Counted from the stretch's first letter, positions 16,634 to 24,999 are shown. The stretch is 32,000 nt of DNA from Legionella nautarum (GCF_001467895.1 NZ_LNYO01000024.1:242519-274518); one strand, 5' to 3'. A program made the numbers and translations. The notes: generated by a model from the sequence alone, not told the origin.

Positions 16634-17872
16634 CTAGGTTCTCAACAGCTTACAGGTATTTATCGCACTATTGACGCCATCTTCATGAAATCCATAACCC
16701 CAATAACTCCCAGCATAGTAAGTATTATTCATCCCATTAATTAAATTAATTTGCTTTTGAGCTTTTAAAGCAGATACATTCAAACAGGGATGCGCATATT
16801 TAAATGATTGGATGATTTGATTTTCAGCAATTTCATTTACAAGATTAACCGATACAAAAAAATCCTGGTTAGAATGAATTGACTGCAATCGATTCATATA
16901 GTAAGTAATTGTCGGTGCTGTACTTTGAATATCAAGGTAATTCCAACTTGCCCAAGCTTTTTTATTTTTTGGCATTATATTTCTATCCCTATGAAGTATC
17001 ACCTCATTCTCAGTATATTTTATTGCCGACAAAATCTGGATTTCTTGAGGAGTAGGTTTTTCGAGCATAGTTAATGCTTGATCGCTGTGAGTTGCGCATA
17101 CGACAGCATCAAAAACCTGCTCTTGAGAATTAACTACTATCTTAATTTTATTATGTTCTCGTTTTATTCTTTCTACTTTGGAATTTAAGTAGATTTGATC
17201 TTTGAGCTTTTTAAGCATCGGGTTGACATAAATTTTCGAACCTTGCTTAATCACTTTCCACGTAGGTCGGTTGAACAAATCAAGAAGTCCATGATTATTA
17301 TAAAATTGTAATATAAAGGAAGCCGAGCAGTTTAGAGTATCCTCTTTATTTTTAGACCAAATTGCAGCCATCATTGGAACAAGATAACAGTCTCTAAATT
17401 GTTCCGAGTACTTGTTTACTCTGATGAAGTCGGTCATGGTTATTTCAAGACCGTTATTTCGGGCTAAAAATTTTTTTGCATGATAATTAAATAAAAGAAT
17501 GTCTTTGATTAAGTGATAAAAGTCTAATTTAATCAGGTTTCGGCGATCTGAAAAAAGTGTATTTAAATTATGTCCATTGTATTCGAGTCCCCGCTTATCA
17601 GAACGATAACTAAAACTCATTTCACTGGATTGGATTGGTACATTTAACTTTTCGAGCAATTTGCAAAAGTTGGGGTATGTTCTTTTGTTAAAAACGATAA
17701 AGCCTGTATCGATCGAGTAGACTGACTCTGCCGTTTCCACAGAGATAGTATGTGTATGGCCGCCAAGATAATTGTTTGCTTCAAATAATGAAACATCATG
17801 GTCTTCGCTTAAAATATAAGAACTCATTAAACCAGATATCCCCGAGCCAATCACAGCGATCCTTTTTTTCAA
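16634..17872 (-). CDS. FAD-dependent oxidoreductase, amine-oxidase/desaturase-like (UfaD-like)
   Basis: IAVIGSGISGLMSSYIL...LFEANNYLGGHTHT is a dinucleotide-binding motif. TTG start with AAGGAA 7 nt upstream. Confidence 0.85.
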   Translation of the reverse strand: MKKRIAVIGSGISGLMSSYILSEDHDVSLFEANNYLGGHTHTISVETAESVYSIDTGFIVFNKRTYPNFCKLLEKLNVPIQSSEMSFSYRSDKRGLEYNGHNLNTLFSDRRNLIKLDFYHLIKDILLFNYHAKKFLARNNGLEITMTDFIRVNKYSEQFRDCYLVPMMAAIWSKNKEDTLNCSASFILQFYNNHGLLDLFNRPTWKVIKQGSKIYVNPMLKKLKDQIYLNSKVERIKREHNKIKIVVNSQEQVFDAVVCATHSDQALTMLEKPTPQEIQILSAIKYTENEVILHRDRNIMPKNKKAWASWNYLDIQSTAPTITYYMNRLQSIHSNQDFFVSVNLVNEIAENQIIQSFKYAHPCLNVSALKAQKQINLINGMNNTYYAGSYWGYGFHEDGVNSAINTCKLLRT

Positions 17873-18159
17873 AAATAATTCCTTTTTAACCGTTTTGTTG
17901 TTAATTTATTTTAATAGAGACATCTTGTAAAGGCCATGTTTTCCGAGAGATTTACAGGTAAATAAGCGTTCCAGATTTACTTGTAGAGTAGAGCACTATT
18001 TAGTTGCTCAATGGACAGATATAAGAAATATTGTATCCGTTTTCAAAATGGATTATGTCCTCTCAATACAAATATACTCAATAAATTATAAGTTGTATTC
18101 AGAGATAAAAAATAGTGCATTCATGATAGAAAAAAATTAGTTTGAATAAAAGGGAAAAA

Positions 18160-18567
18160 ATGTATCCAATTACTATGCTTACAGCTTCTTTGTTATCATT
18201 CCTCTATATAATTATTTCTATGAAAATTATAAAGCTTCGGCATCAATACAGAGTCTCAATGGGTTCAGGGGGAAATGAGCACTTAGAAAGGATAATAAGA
18301 GCGCAAGCAAATTTTGCTGAGTATGTTCCACTATCTCTAATATTGATGCTTTGCGCGGAAGCAAATCAAGTGAATTTGATAATTCTGAGTATTCTGGCTT
18401 GTATTCTTATATTAGGAAGACTTTTTCATGCTTATGCATTTATTTTTAATAAGAAGCATTTCAAATTTAGAGTGCGTGGAATGATCTTAACTTTTACAGC
18501 AATTATTCTTCTTGCTACTTTAGACATCCTTTTTTTGGTATTTAAATTTATGCTTCCAAATCATTAA
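18160..18567 (+). CDS. MAPEG-family membrane protein (microsomal glutathione-S-transferase-like)
   Basis: ~135 aa with 4 TM segments. Motifs: RVSMGSGGNEHLERIIRAQANFAEYVPL and GRLFHAYAF. The ATG at 18160 has AAGGGA upstream, so it is preferred over the TTG at 18142. Confidence 0.7.
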   Translation: MYPITMLTASLLSFLYIIISMKIIKLRHQYRVSMGSGGNEHLERIIRAQANFAEYVPLSLILMLCAEANQVNLIILSILACILILGRLFHAYAFIFNKKHFKFRVRGMILTFTAIILLATLDILFLVFKFMLPNH

Positions 18568-18622
18568 GATATTTACTTAGCAATCAACCCAAAAGCTTCT
18601 GCAATTAGTAGGTTTGCTTCCT

Positions 18623-19099
18623 TTAATTCATTAAAGCAATAACCACATTGAGATAGGAGGCAAACATCAACCAAAGTAGATAAGGAATTAATAACCAAAC
18701 GATTGTTTGGTGTGTTTTTTTAGCCTCGATGATTAAGATTACATTTAAGCAGGTTAAGCTAATAAGCCAGACTGAACTTAGCATTAACCAGTGCAGCCCA
18801 AAAAACAGGGGTGTCCAAATCCAATTCATCAGCATCTGTAATGCGAAAAGCACAGTAACTTTTTTAGAAGACGCTTTACTATGGTCTGATAAAATCCAAG
18901 CAATGACTGCAAGAAGTGCATACAATAAGGTCCAAACAATTGAAAAAATAAATCCAGGCGGAGTGAGGGACGATTTATTAAGATGCTGGTACCAAGGATA
19001 AATATTCGCCTGAGTTATTAAACTCAGTAAAAAGCCTATGCTTTCAAAAAGCACAACCCAGAATATTAATTTCATTAGTTTATTGGGGGGCAAAATCAT
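18623..19099 (-). CDS. tspO: TspO/MBR tryptophan-rich sensory protein
   Basis: WYQHLNKSSLTPPGFIFSIVWTLLYALLA, NWIWTPLFFGLH and ASYLN motifs. The alternative ATG at 19075 would give a more typical 150-aa length. Confidence 0.88.
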   Translation of the reverse strand: MILPPNKLMKLIFWVVLFESIGFLLSLITQANIYPWYQHLNKSSLTPPGFIFSIVWTLLYALLAVIAWILSDHSKASSKKVTVLFALQMLMNWIWTPLFFGLHWLMLSSVWLISLTCLNVILIIEAKKTHQTIVWLLIPYLLWLMFASYLNVVIALMN

Positions 19100-19952
19100 T
19101 TCTCCAAATTTGGGTTAATCCTTCTCTGTAAGAGGGGTATTTTAAAACAACCCCTAACTCTTTTTTGATTTTTAAATTAGAAACTCGACGGTTATTGGTA
19201 TAAAACTCTTGTTCCATGGGAGATAAACGGGCTTCTAAAAAAGGAATCAAAGGGAGAGGCTCTCGATGAAGGAGGTTGGTTGCGTAGCGGTCAACCACAT
19301 GCGCAGGCGCAGGTTCATCGTCAGAAACATTATAAATTGATAAAGGTTTAGGTAATTGAATTGAAGCAAGAAGAGTAGTAACAATGTCATCCAGGTGGAC
19401 TCGACAAAATACCTGATTTTCTTTAAAAACAGTTTGATTTTTACCTTGCATCAAGCGTTCAATTACGTTTCTCCGCGGTCCATAAATACCTGATAGTCTA
19501 AAGACATGCAGTGGCAATTGATGTTGTTGGGCAAATGAAAACCAAGCATGCTCTGCTTTTAAGCGAGCAATTCCGGTTGGTGTATGGGGAATGCATTCGC
19601 TATCCTCTGTGACCCAATTGCCTTCATGGTTTCCATAAACCCCTGTTGATGAAAGATAGCCAAGCCATCTAAGGTTAGGAGCTTGCTGTTTAATTAATTC
19701 ACTGTATTTAATTAATACGATATCACTCAGGGTAGGGGTTGGAGGAATAGAAATTAACAGATGTGTCGCTAAGGCTAGGTGGTTCTCAATGCTGGGGCAG
19801 TCAAAATCAATCAGTTTGATGTCTGAATTATTTCGTTCTTGCTGATTGGGAGTGCGAGAAGTTCCCACCACCTTAAAGCCTTGCTGAATCAGTTTGGGTG
19901 CGAGAGCTTGAGCGGTGTAACCAAAGCCAAAAATGAAAAAATAAGGACTCAT
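19080..19952 (-). CDS. NAD(P)-binding Rossmann protein (epimerase/dehydratase-like extended SDR)
   Basis: N-terminal FIFGFGYTAQALAPKL...VVGTSR motif. ATGA overlap with the phr stop (19949-19952). Confidence 0.7.
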   Translation of the reverse strand: MSPYFFIFGFGYTAQALAPKLIQQGFKVVGTSRTPNQQERNNSDIKLIDFDCPSIENHLALATHLLISIPPTPTLSDIVLIKYSELIKQQAPNLRWLGYLSSTGVYGNHEGNWVTEDSECIPHTPTGIARLKAEHAWFSFAQQHQLPLHVFRLSGIYGPRRNVIERLMQGKNQTVFKENQVFCRVHLDDIVTTLLASIQLPKPLSIYNVSDDEPAPAHVVDRYATNLLHREPLPLIPFLEARLSPMEQEFYTNNRRVSNLKIKKELGVVLKYPSYREGLTQIWRNDFAPQ

Positions 19953-21370
19953 GGGCTATTCCTTGTCTTTAATTGACTGTAAAACTGCAGGGCTTGCGAG
20001 CGTGCTTGGCTGTGATTAATAATGGGCTCAGGATAGTTGATGCTGTTGTAAATTGATGCTGCATTCTTGGATTCCCAAGGTGCATGAATTTCCTCGTTAT
20101 TTAAGGAAGCAAGTTCAGGAATCCAGCGGCGTATATAGACTCCTTCGGGATCAAATTTTTGGCTTTGCAGTACGGGATTAAAAATGCGAAAGTAGGGTGC
20201 CGCATCGGCGCCACTACCTGCTACCCATTGCCAACTGGCACTATTGTTCGCTAAATCAGCATCAACTAAAGTATCTAAAAACCAATCAGCGCCCAATCGC
20301 CAATCAATAAATAAGCCTTTAGTGAGAAAAGATGCTGCAATCATTCGCACGCGATTATGCATGTAACCGGTTGCCCATAGCTCTCTCATACCGGCATCCA
20401 CTAGAGGATATCCGGTCATCCCTTTTTGCCATTTTGTTAGTAGTGATTCATCGTTATTCCAAGGAAAATGATCAAATTCGGCTTTAAAATTCTTGCAAGG
20501 TAGATTTGGGAAATGATAGAGAAGATAGTATGAAAATTCACGCCATCCGAGTTCTGATAAAAAGTGTTCGGCTCCTGCCCAATCACAATGTGGATCGAGT
20601 TTGGCGTATTCAACGGCTCTCAAAATAGCCCAAGGACTGATTTCACCAAAGTGTAAATGAGGTGATAGGTGAGAAGTTGCTTGTTTTGCGGGAAAGTCGC
20701 GATTATTTTTATAACAGTGAAGATGATGAGTGATAAAATCATTCAATCGTTGTTGGGCGCCGGCCTCACCAGGCGTCCAAAAGGCAGGAAATTGAGAGGC
20801 CCAATTGAGAGGTGAAAGGAGGTTCCATTCATCTAGTTCATCACTGCTTGCATCAATCGAAGTAGCATGATGGGGGGGATCCTTGACTGGTTGTGAAACA
20901 AGAGCCTGCCGGCAAGTTTTCCAATAAGGGGTAAATACTTTAAAAAAATCGCCAGTTTTATTGCTTATAGTCCAAGGTTCATTTAATAAATTTGCATTAA
21001 AACTTAAGGCATCAATACCGCTTTTTTGCAGTGTTGTTTTGATTTTTTTATCCCGGTCAATACTGCTTGGTTCGTAGCAGCGATTCCAATAAACGGCGTC
21101 TATCGAAAAACTATTAACTAAGTTTAAAATATGGTCGAGAGGATTTCCCTTGCGAAAAATTAATTTTAATCCTAGCTTATTGGCGAGCGAGTCCTTTAAA
21201 GCCACAAGGCTGTGATGAAGCCACCAAGCTTGTGCCTCGCCGAGGACACTATTTTTTCCATCTAATATGAAGACTGGAGTCACTTTTTTGTGTTTTGAGC
21301 ATGCCTCAAAAAGAGCTGGGTTGTCAGCTAATCTTAAATCCAGTCTGAACCAAACTATTGCGTTACTCAT
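19949..21370 (-). CDS. phrB: Class I CPD deoxyribodipyrimidine photolyase
   Basis: IVWFRLDLRLADNPAL, TGYPLVDAGMRELWATGYMHNRVRMIAASFL and DADLANNSASWQWVAGSGADAAPYFRIFNP motifs. AAGGA lies 5 nt upstream of the ATG. Confidence 0.95.
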   Translation of the reverse strand: MSNAIVWFRLDLRLADNPALFEACSKHKKVTPVFILDGKNSVLGEAQAWWLHHSLVALKDSLANKLGLKLIFRKGNPLDHILNLVNSFSIDAVYWNRCYEPSSIDRDKKIKTTLQKSGIDALSFNANLLNEPWTISNKTGDFFKVFTPYWKTCRQALVSQPVKDPPHHATSIDASSDELDEWNLLSPLNWASQFPAFWTPGEAGAQQRLNDFITHHLHCYKNNRDFPAKQATSHLSPHLHFGEISPWAILRAVEYAKLDPHCDWAGAEHFLSELGWREFSYYLLYHFPNLPCKNFKAEFDHFPWNNDESLLTKWQKGMTGYPLVDAGMRELWATGYMHNRVRMIAASFLTKGLFIDWRLGADWFLDTLVDADLANNSASWQWVAGSGADAAPYFRIFNPVLQSQKFDPEGVYIRRWIPELASLNNEEIHAPWESKNAASIYNSINYPEPIINHSQARSQALQFYSQLKTRNSP

Positions 21371-21407
21371 TTTATCCTTATTAAAATTTTTGTCGTTCTG
21401 AGGTCAT

Positions 21408-22262
21408 TTATTTATGTTTTAATTTATCCATAATAAAAAACTCTAGCGAGTCAATTGCTTTATTTTCTTCCCCTCTTTTCAGCAAAGATACATGAATATC
21501 TTTTAAAGAAGGTAAAAAACAATCGTTTAGTTTATCAAGGTAATCAGGAATCATACTGCGTTGAATGGCTGTAATGCCTAGTCCCGCGCGAACTGCTGCC
21601 ATTTTGCCTGCATAACTGGGGCTACTGAATGCCAGGCGCCATTTTAAATGGTGTTTATTAAGTGACTCAATTACATTCCCTCGATAAACGCAAGGGATTG
21701 GTGAAAGAACTAGAGGAATGACTACGTTTTCGTTGAGAACGGGTAAAAGCTCTTTTTTTCCCACCCACTCAACAGGTTCATTCCATACATTGACTCCTTG
21801 AGTTAACTGGTTTTTTTGATTGGTTTTTACCAATATCAATTCAAATTCGTTCTGATGGAACCGTTCAATCAAATTGAGTGTTAAATCGCACTCCACATTG
21901 AGAATGACCCTGGGGTGAAGCCTTGAAAATTCGACTAATACATCCGAAAGCATCATTGATGCAAAGTCTTCTGGTAGGCCGAAGCAAATTTCGCCCTGCA
22001 GTTCCGGCATTTTAAAGCGGTCAAGCGATTCACGATGGAGTTCATAAATGCGTTTGGCATAACCTAAAAAAATCTCGCCATCTTGGGTTAATGACAGCTC
22101 TTTTCCTCGTGTAATTAGCTGTTTTTCCACTAAATTTTCAAGTTTAGCAATTTGCTGGCTAATTGCCGATTGAGTACGGCCAACACGAGACGCGGCCTTT
22201 GTGAAACTTTGGGTTTCCGCGACAGCCAAAAAGCATTGTAGGGTTACCGTATCTAACTGCAT
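21408..22262 (-). CDS. LysR-family transcriptional regulator
   Basis: The N-terminal wHTH LQCFLAVAETQSFTKAASRVGRTQSAISQQIAKLE is followed by a substrate-binding-type C-terminal domain. Confidence 0.92.
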   Translation of the reverse strand: MQLDTVTLQCFLAVAETQSFTKAASRVGRTQSAISQQIAKLENLVEKQLITRGKELSLTQDGEIFLGYAKRIYELHRESLDRFKMPELQGEICFGLPEDFASMMLSDVLVEFSRLHPRVILNVECDLTLNLIERFHQNEFELILVKTNQKNQLTQGVNVWNEPVEWVGKKELLPVLNENVVIPLVLSPIPCVYRGNVIESLNKHHLKWRLAFSSPSYAGKMAAVRAGLGITAIQRSMIPDYLDKLNDCFLPSLKDIHVSLLKRGEENKAIDSLEFFIMDKLKHK

Positions 22263-22428
22263 TAGATCTCCAAATAGGAAAAAGATATTTTTTTTAACTT
22301 AAATAAGTTTATCTAATAGATTTTAATTGTAGCAAAACATTTTCTAATAGGGAATAACGTGGATACAACAAATTCATTTTGGACAAAATTCTTTGTAATT
22401 CAAACGACCAATTACCGGAATTTATAAC

Positions 22429-22474
22429 GGTAATCCCCCCATTTTTAACTTCGGTTAAAAATGGGGGGATTACC
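22429..22474. repeat. Perfect 21-bp inverted repeat with TTCG loop (hairpin)
   Basis: ggtaatccccccatttttaac (22429-22449), ttcg (22450-22453), gttaaaaatggggggattacc (22454-22474). No mismatches. Confidence 0.85.
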
Positions 22475-22538
22475 TATTACGCTAAATTTATCTATTAAAG
22501 TCTATAATGATTTTAAGTGACAGTTTAAGGAATAAATA

Positions 22539-22784
22539 ATGTATGGTGAAGAGGATGTAATAAAAGAAGACTTTAGAAACATTTTGTTTAGGAACGGGTA
22601 TTCTGATAATGAATTTAAAATAACGATAAAGAATGGCTCAAGTTACGACCCAAACCAAATTGTCGGTGCCCAAGTATGGATAACCATAGAAAAGAATTCT
22701 ATAAAAAAACAATATGAGTTATACCGTAGTGACTGGCCTAATGATTTTGAAACCGATTTAAAAAATGGCTATTTTAATTATTAG
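22539..22784 (+). CDS. Small hypothetical protein (81 aa)
   Basis: ATG start with AAGGA 8 nt upstream. No recognisable motifs. Confidence 0.5.
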   Translation: MYGEEDVIKEDFRNILFRNGYSDNEFKITIKNGSSYDPNQIVGAQVWITIEKNSIKKQYELYRSDWPNDFETDLKNGYFNY

Positions 22785-22800
22785 GATAGATTATCTGTAG

Positions 22801-23573
22801 TAGTTCAAACTTGATCTGACAGTTGCCGGTTTTTCAGAAGTGTCTGTCAGGTCAAATTTAGTCTATAAATTTTTCCTTCCAGATTTGTTTGCCATCAATC
22901 AATGTTTGCATAGGAGTTCGTCCACAGCACATTTTGCCTTGATAAGTGCGTTCATTATTATAAGAATAAATCCATTCGTCCAGATCTTTTTGTAATTCGT
23001 CAATCCCATCATAGATCTTCTTTCGGAACGTTACTTGATAAAATTCCTGTAAAATCGTTTTGTGGAATCGTTCACAAATACCATTTGTCTGCGGTGAATT
23101 TGCCTTAGTCTTCGGTCTTTAAAACTGGCTAATTGATGACGCAACCAAACACTTCGAACACCACTGGGAGAAACGAAAATACCTTTTTTACGCAATTCAT
23201 TGATGGTTCTTAATTGGCCATGAGCAGGATATTCTACCGCATAATCCTTAACCACCAATTCAATCGCTTCTTCAACACGATTCTTATGATTTGGTTTTCT
23301 TCTTGTTCTATCGAATAGAGCTTCAACACCGCCGGCCTCTACAGCTGATTTATAGCGATAAAAAGTATCGCGTGACAAGCCCATTACCTTACAGGCTTTT
23401 GAGACGTTACCCAATTCCTCTGCCAAGTTAATCAGGCCAACTTTGTGTTTAATGATTTTAACGTTATTATCTAACATGAGAGTTTTCCTTTTGTTTTGAT
23501 TTAAAGTTCGCACTTCTATCAAAACCGGAAACTCTCACTTTTTCATGTGGTGTGTCAGATTAAGTCGAAACTA
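22801..23573 (-). mobile_element. Decayed IS481-like element (internally deleted)
   Basis: Imperfect terminal inverted repeats: tagttcaaacttgatctgaca (22801-22821) versus the reverse complement of tgtcagattaagtcgaaacta (23553-23573), 17 of 21 matching. The element encloses a truncated transposase. Confidence 0.7.
22858..23477 (-). pseudogene. rve-type DDE transposase pseudogene, with the N-terminal HTH part fused out of frame to the C-terminal tail
   Basis: The N-terminal part is MLDNNVKIIKHKVGLINLAEELGNVSKACKVMGLSRDTFYRYK...WLRHQLASFKDR. A different frame then encodes KTKANSPQTNGICERFHKTILQEFYQVTFRKKIYDGIDELQKDLDEWIYSYNNERTYQGKMCCGRTPMQTL. The ~150-aa catalytic core between them, which carries the first two acidic residues, is absent. 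Confidence 0.8.
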
Positions 23574-23624
23574 ATTCAACTTAAGCTCTCTCGATTTTTT
23601 TGCGAGGTTAGATGAGTACTCACG

Positions 23625-23891
23625 TTATTTTCGCAATAGACGGCCTAAGATAAAACCAATTCCCGCAGCAACCGCTAAAGCTGATAGAGGGCTTTCATGA
23701 ACCTTTTGCACAACTTTATCGGAATGCTCTTTTATATTTCCATGTAAATGATCAAATTGATTTCTGCCTTCATCATAAATTTGACCACCTAATTTTTTAG
23801 CCTCTTGATAGACATGATCAGCTTGCTCAGTAATTTCGTCTCGATGAGAACGATGTCGATTTGGTTTGGATTTATTATGTTCAATGTTCAT
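23625..23891 (-). CDS. DUF883 (ElaB/YqjD-like) C-tail-anchored stress protein
   Basis: 88 aa. A charged helical N-terminal region is followed by the C-terminal anchor PLSALAVAAGIGFILGRLLRK. Confidence 0.75.
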   Translation of the reverse strand: MNIEHNKSKPNRHRSHRDEITEQADHVYQEAKKLGGQIYDEGRNQFDHLHGNIKEHSDKVVQKVHESPLSALAVAAGIGFILGRLLRK

Positions 23892-23919
23892 ATTAGTTTC
23901 CTTAAATAAGATCTAAGAA

Positions 23920-24255
23920 TCAGTTCGCTTTTCTCTTAGTCGTTTTTGATTTCTTGCTCATGGCTGATTTAGCTTCCCGCATGTTCCGCTCAGCATTTTC
24001 TCGAAATTCTGCTGCAGCAGAGAACCAATTTTTTTCTAAAATTTCTGTAGCCTCTTCTAAATAATCAAGCGCTTTATGACCATTTTCGATAAAAACATTA
24101 ACTTGCTTTTCAAAAAAATCTTGTGGCTGTCGTAACCGTGCCCATTCATGAGGCTTAATATAGGTCAAACTTTGCACAGCCTTAATATTTAACTGAATCA
24201 ATTCCTGCATAGGCATTTGGAATCGTTGATAACTATCTTTCATTTTATTTTGCAT
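23920..24255 (-). CDS. Phasin-like helical protein (tentative)
   Basis: All-helical charged protein. QELIQLNIKAVQSLTY ... FFEKQVNVFIENGHKALDYLEE resembles the phasin_2 pattern. The ATG at 24255 has AAGGAG 6 nt upstream, so it is preferred over the TTG at 24276. Confidence 0.5.
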   Translation of the reverse strand: MQNKMKDSYQRFQMPMQELIQLNIKAVQSLTYIKPHEWARLRQPQDFFEKQVNVFIENGHKALDYLEEATEILEKNWFSAAAEFRENAERNMREAKSAMSKKSKTTKRKAN

Positions 24256-24360
24256 GGCACTCTCCTTATGCTGCAACGCACAATATAAGTTTAGTTGTCT
24301 TATCTTACCTTGTCCAATTTATTCGATGAGTAAAAAAAGAAAAGAAAAAAGCGCTTTCAC

Positions 24361-24391
24361 TTGACTCCACTAGGGGTAATATTCCTATAAT
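24361..24391 (+). promoter_or_regulatory. Putative sigma-70 promoter with an unusual 19-nt spacer
   Basis: TTGACT (24361-24366), a 19-nt spacer, then TATAAT (24386-24391). It lies ~38 nt upstream of the ATG at 24429, which has its own GAGG SD. Confidence 0.35.
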
Positions 24392-24428
24392 TTTTCTAGA
24401 AAAAACAACTATTCAGCTGAGGTAGGGC

Positions 24429-24938
24429 ATGACTGATCGATACAGCTTTGCAGAAATTAATGAGCTAACTGCCGAACGCATTACAGAACTTGGTGGAAAA
24501 CCAATTAATCTTTATCGAATTTTAGCTAATCAACCTGAAATGTTAAATGCTTGGTTAGAATTTGCCTATAGCATACGACTCTCAGCTAAGACAGCACGCC
24601 CGCTTAGAGAATTAATGATTTTGAGAACTGCACAGTTACAGAATTCGGCTTACGAATGGTATCAACACCGAAAGATGGCAAGTACCGCAGGAGTCGACGA
24701 ACATCAAATTGCTGAATTAGCTATGTGGCGTTCATCTAAGGCATTTAACGCAAAAGAAAAAGCTGCCTTAGACCTAACGGAAGCGATAGTAGAAGGCCAG
24801 GTCAGTGACGATATCCATGCAGAGGCAGCAAAGCATTTTAGCCAAGCTGAAATGATTGAATTAGTGATGACCGCTAGTTTTTACTCGATGGTACCGCGAG
24901 TATTAGCTGCTTTAGCAGTAAAAATAGAGGGGAGCTAA
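24429..24938 (+). CDS. Carboxymuconolactone decarboxylase (CMD/AhpD-like) family protein
   Basis: LRELMILRTAQLQNSAYEWYQH and EKAALDLTEAIV are patterns typical of CMD-family proteins. Confidence 0.8.
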   Translation: MTDRYSFAEINELTAERITELGGKPINLYRILANQPEMLNAWLEFAYSIRLSAKTARPLRELMILRTAQLQNSAYEWYQHRKMASTAGVDEHQIAELAMWRSSKAFNAKEKAALDLTEAIVEGQVSDDIHAEAAKHFSQAEMIELVMTASFYSMVPRVLAALAVKIEGS

Positions 24939-24950
24939 ACTAATTAAACG

Positions 24951-24972
24951 GACTCCCGCTTTAGCGGGAATC
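24951..24972. terminator. Hairpin between convergent genes (probable bidirectional terminator)
   Basis: gactcccgc / ttta / gcgggaatc gives an 8 of 9 bp GC-rich stem. It sits between the stop at 24938 (+) and the stop at 25000 (-). The flanking T/A tracts are weak. Confidence 0.5.
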
Positions 24973-24999
24973 CAGGAATATACTGGTCTCTCAATGAGA

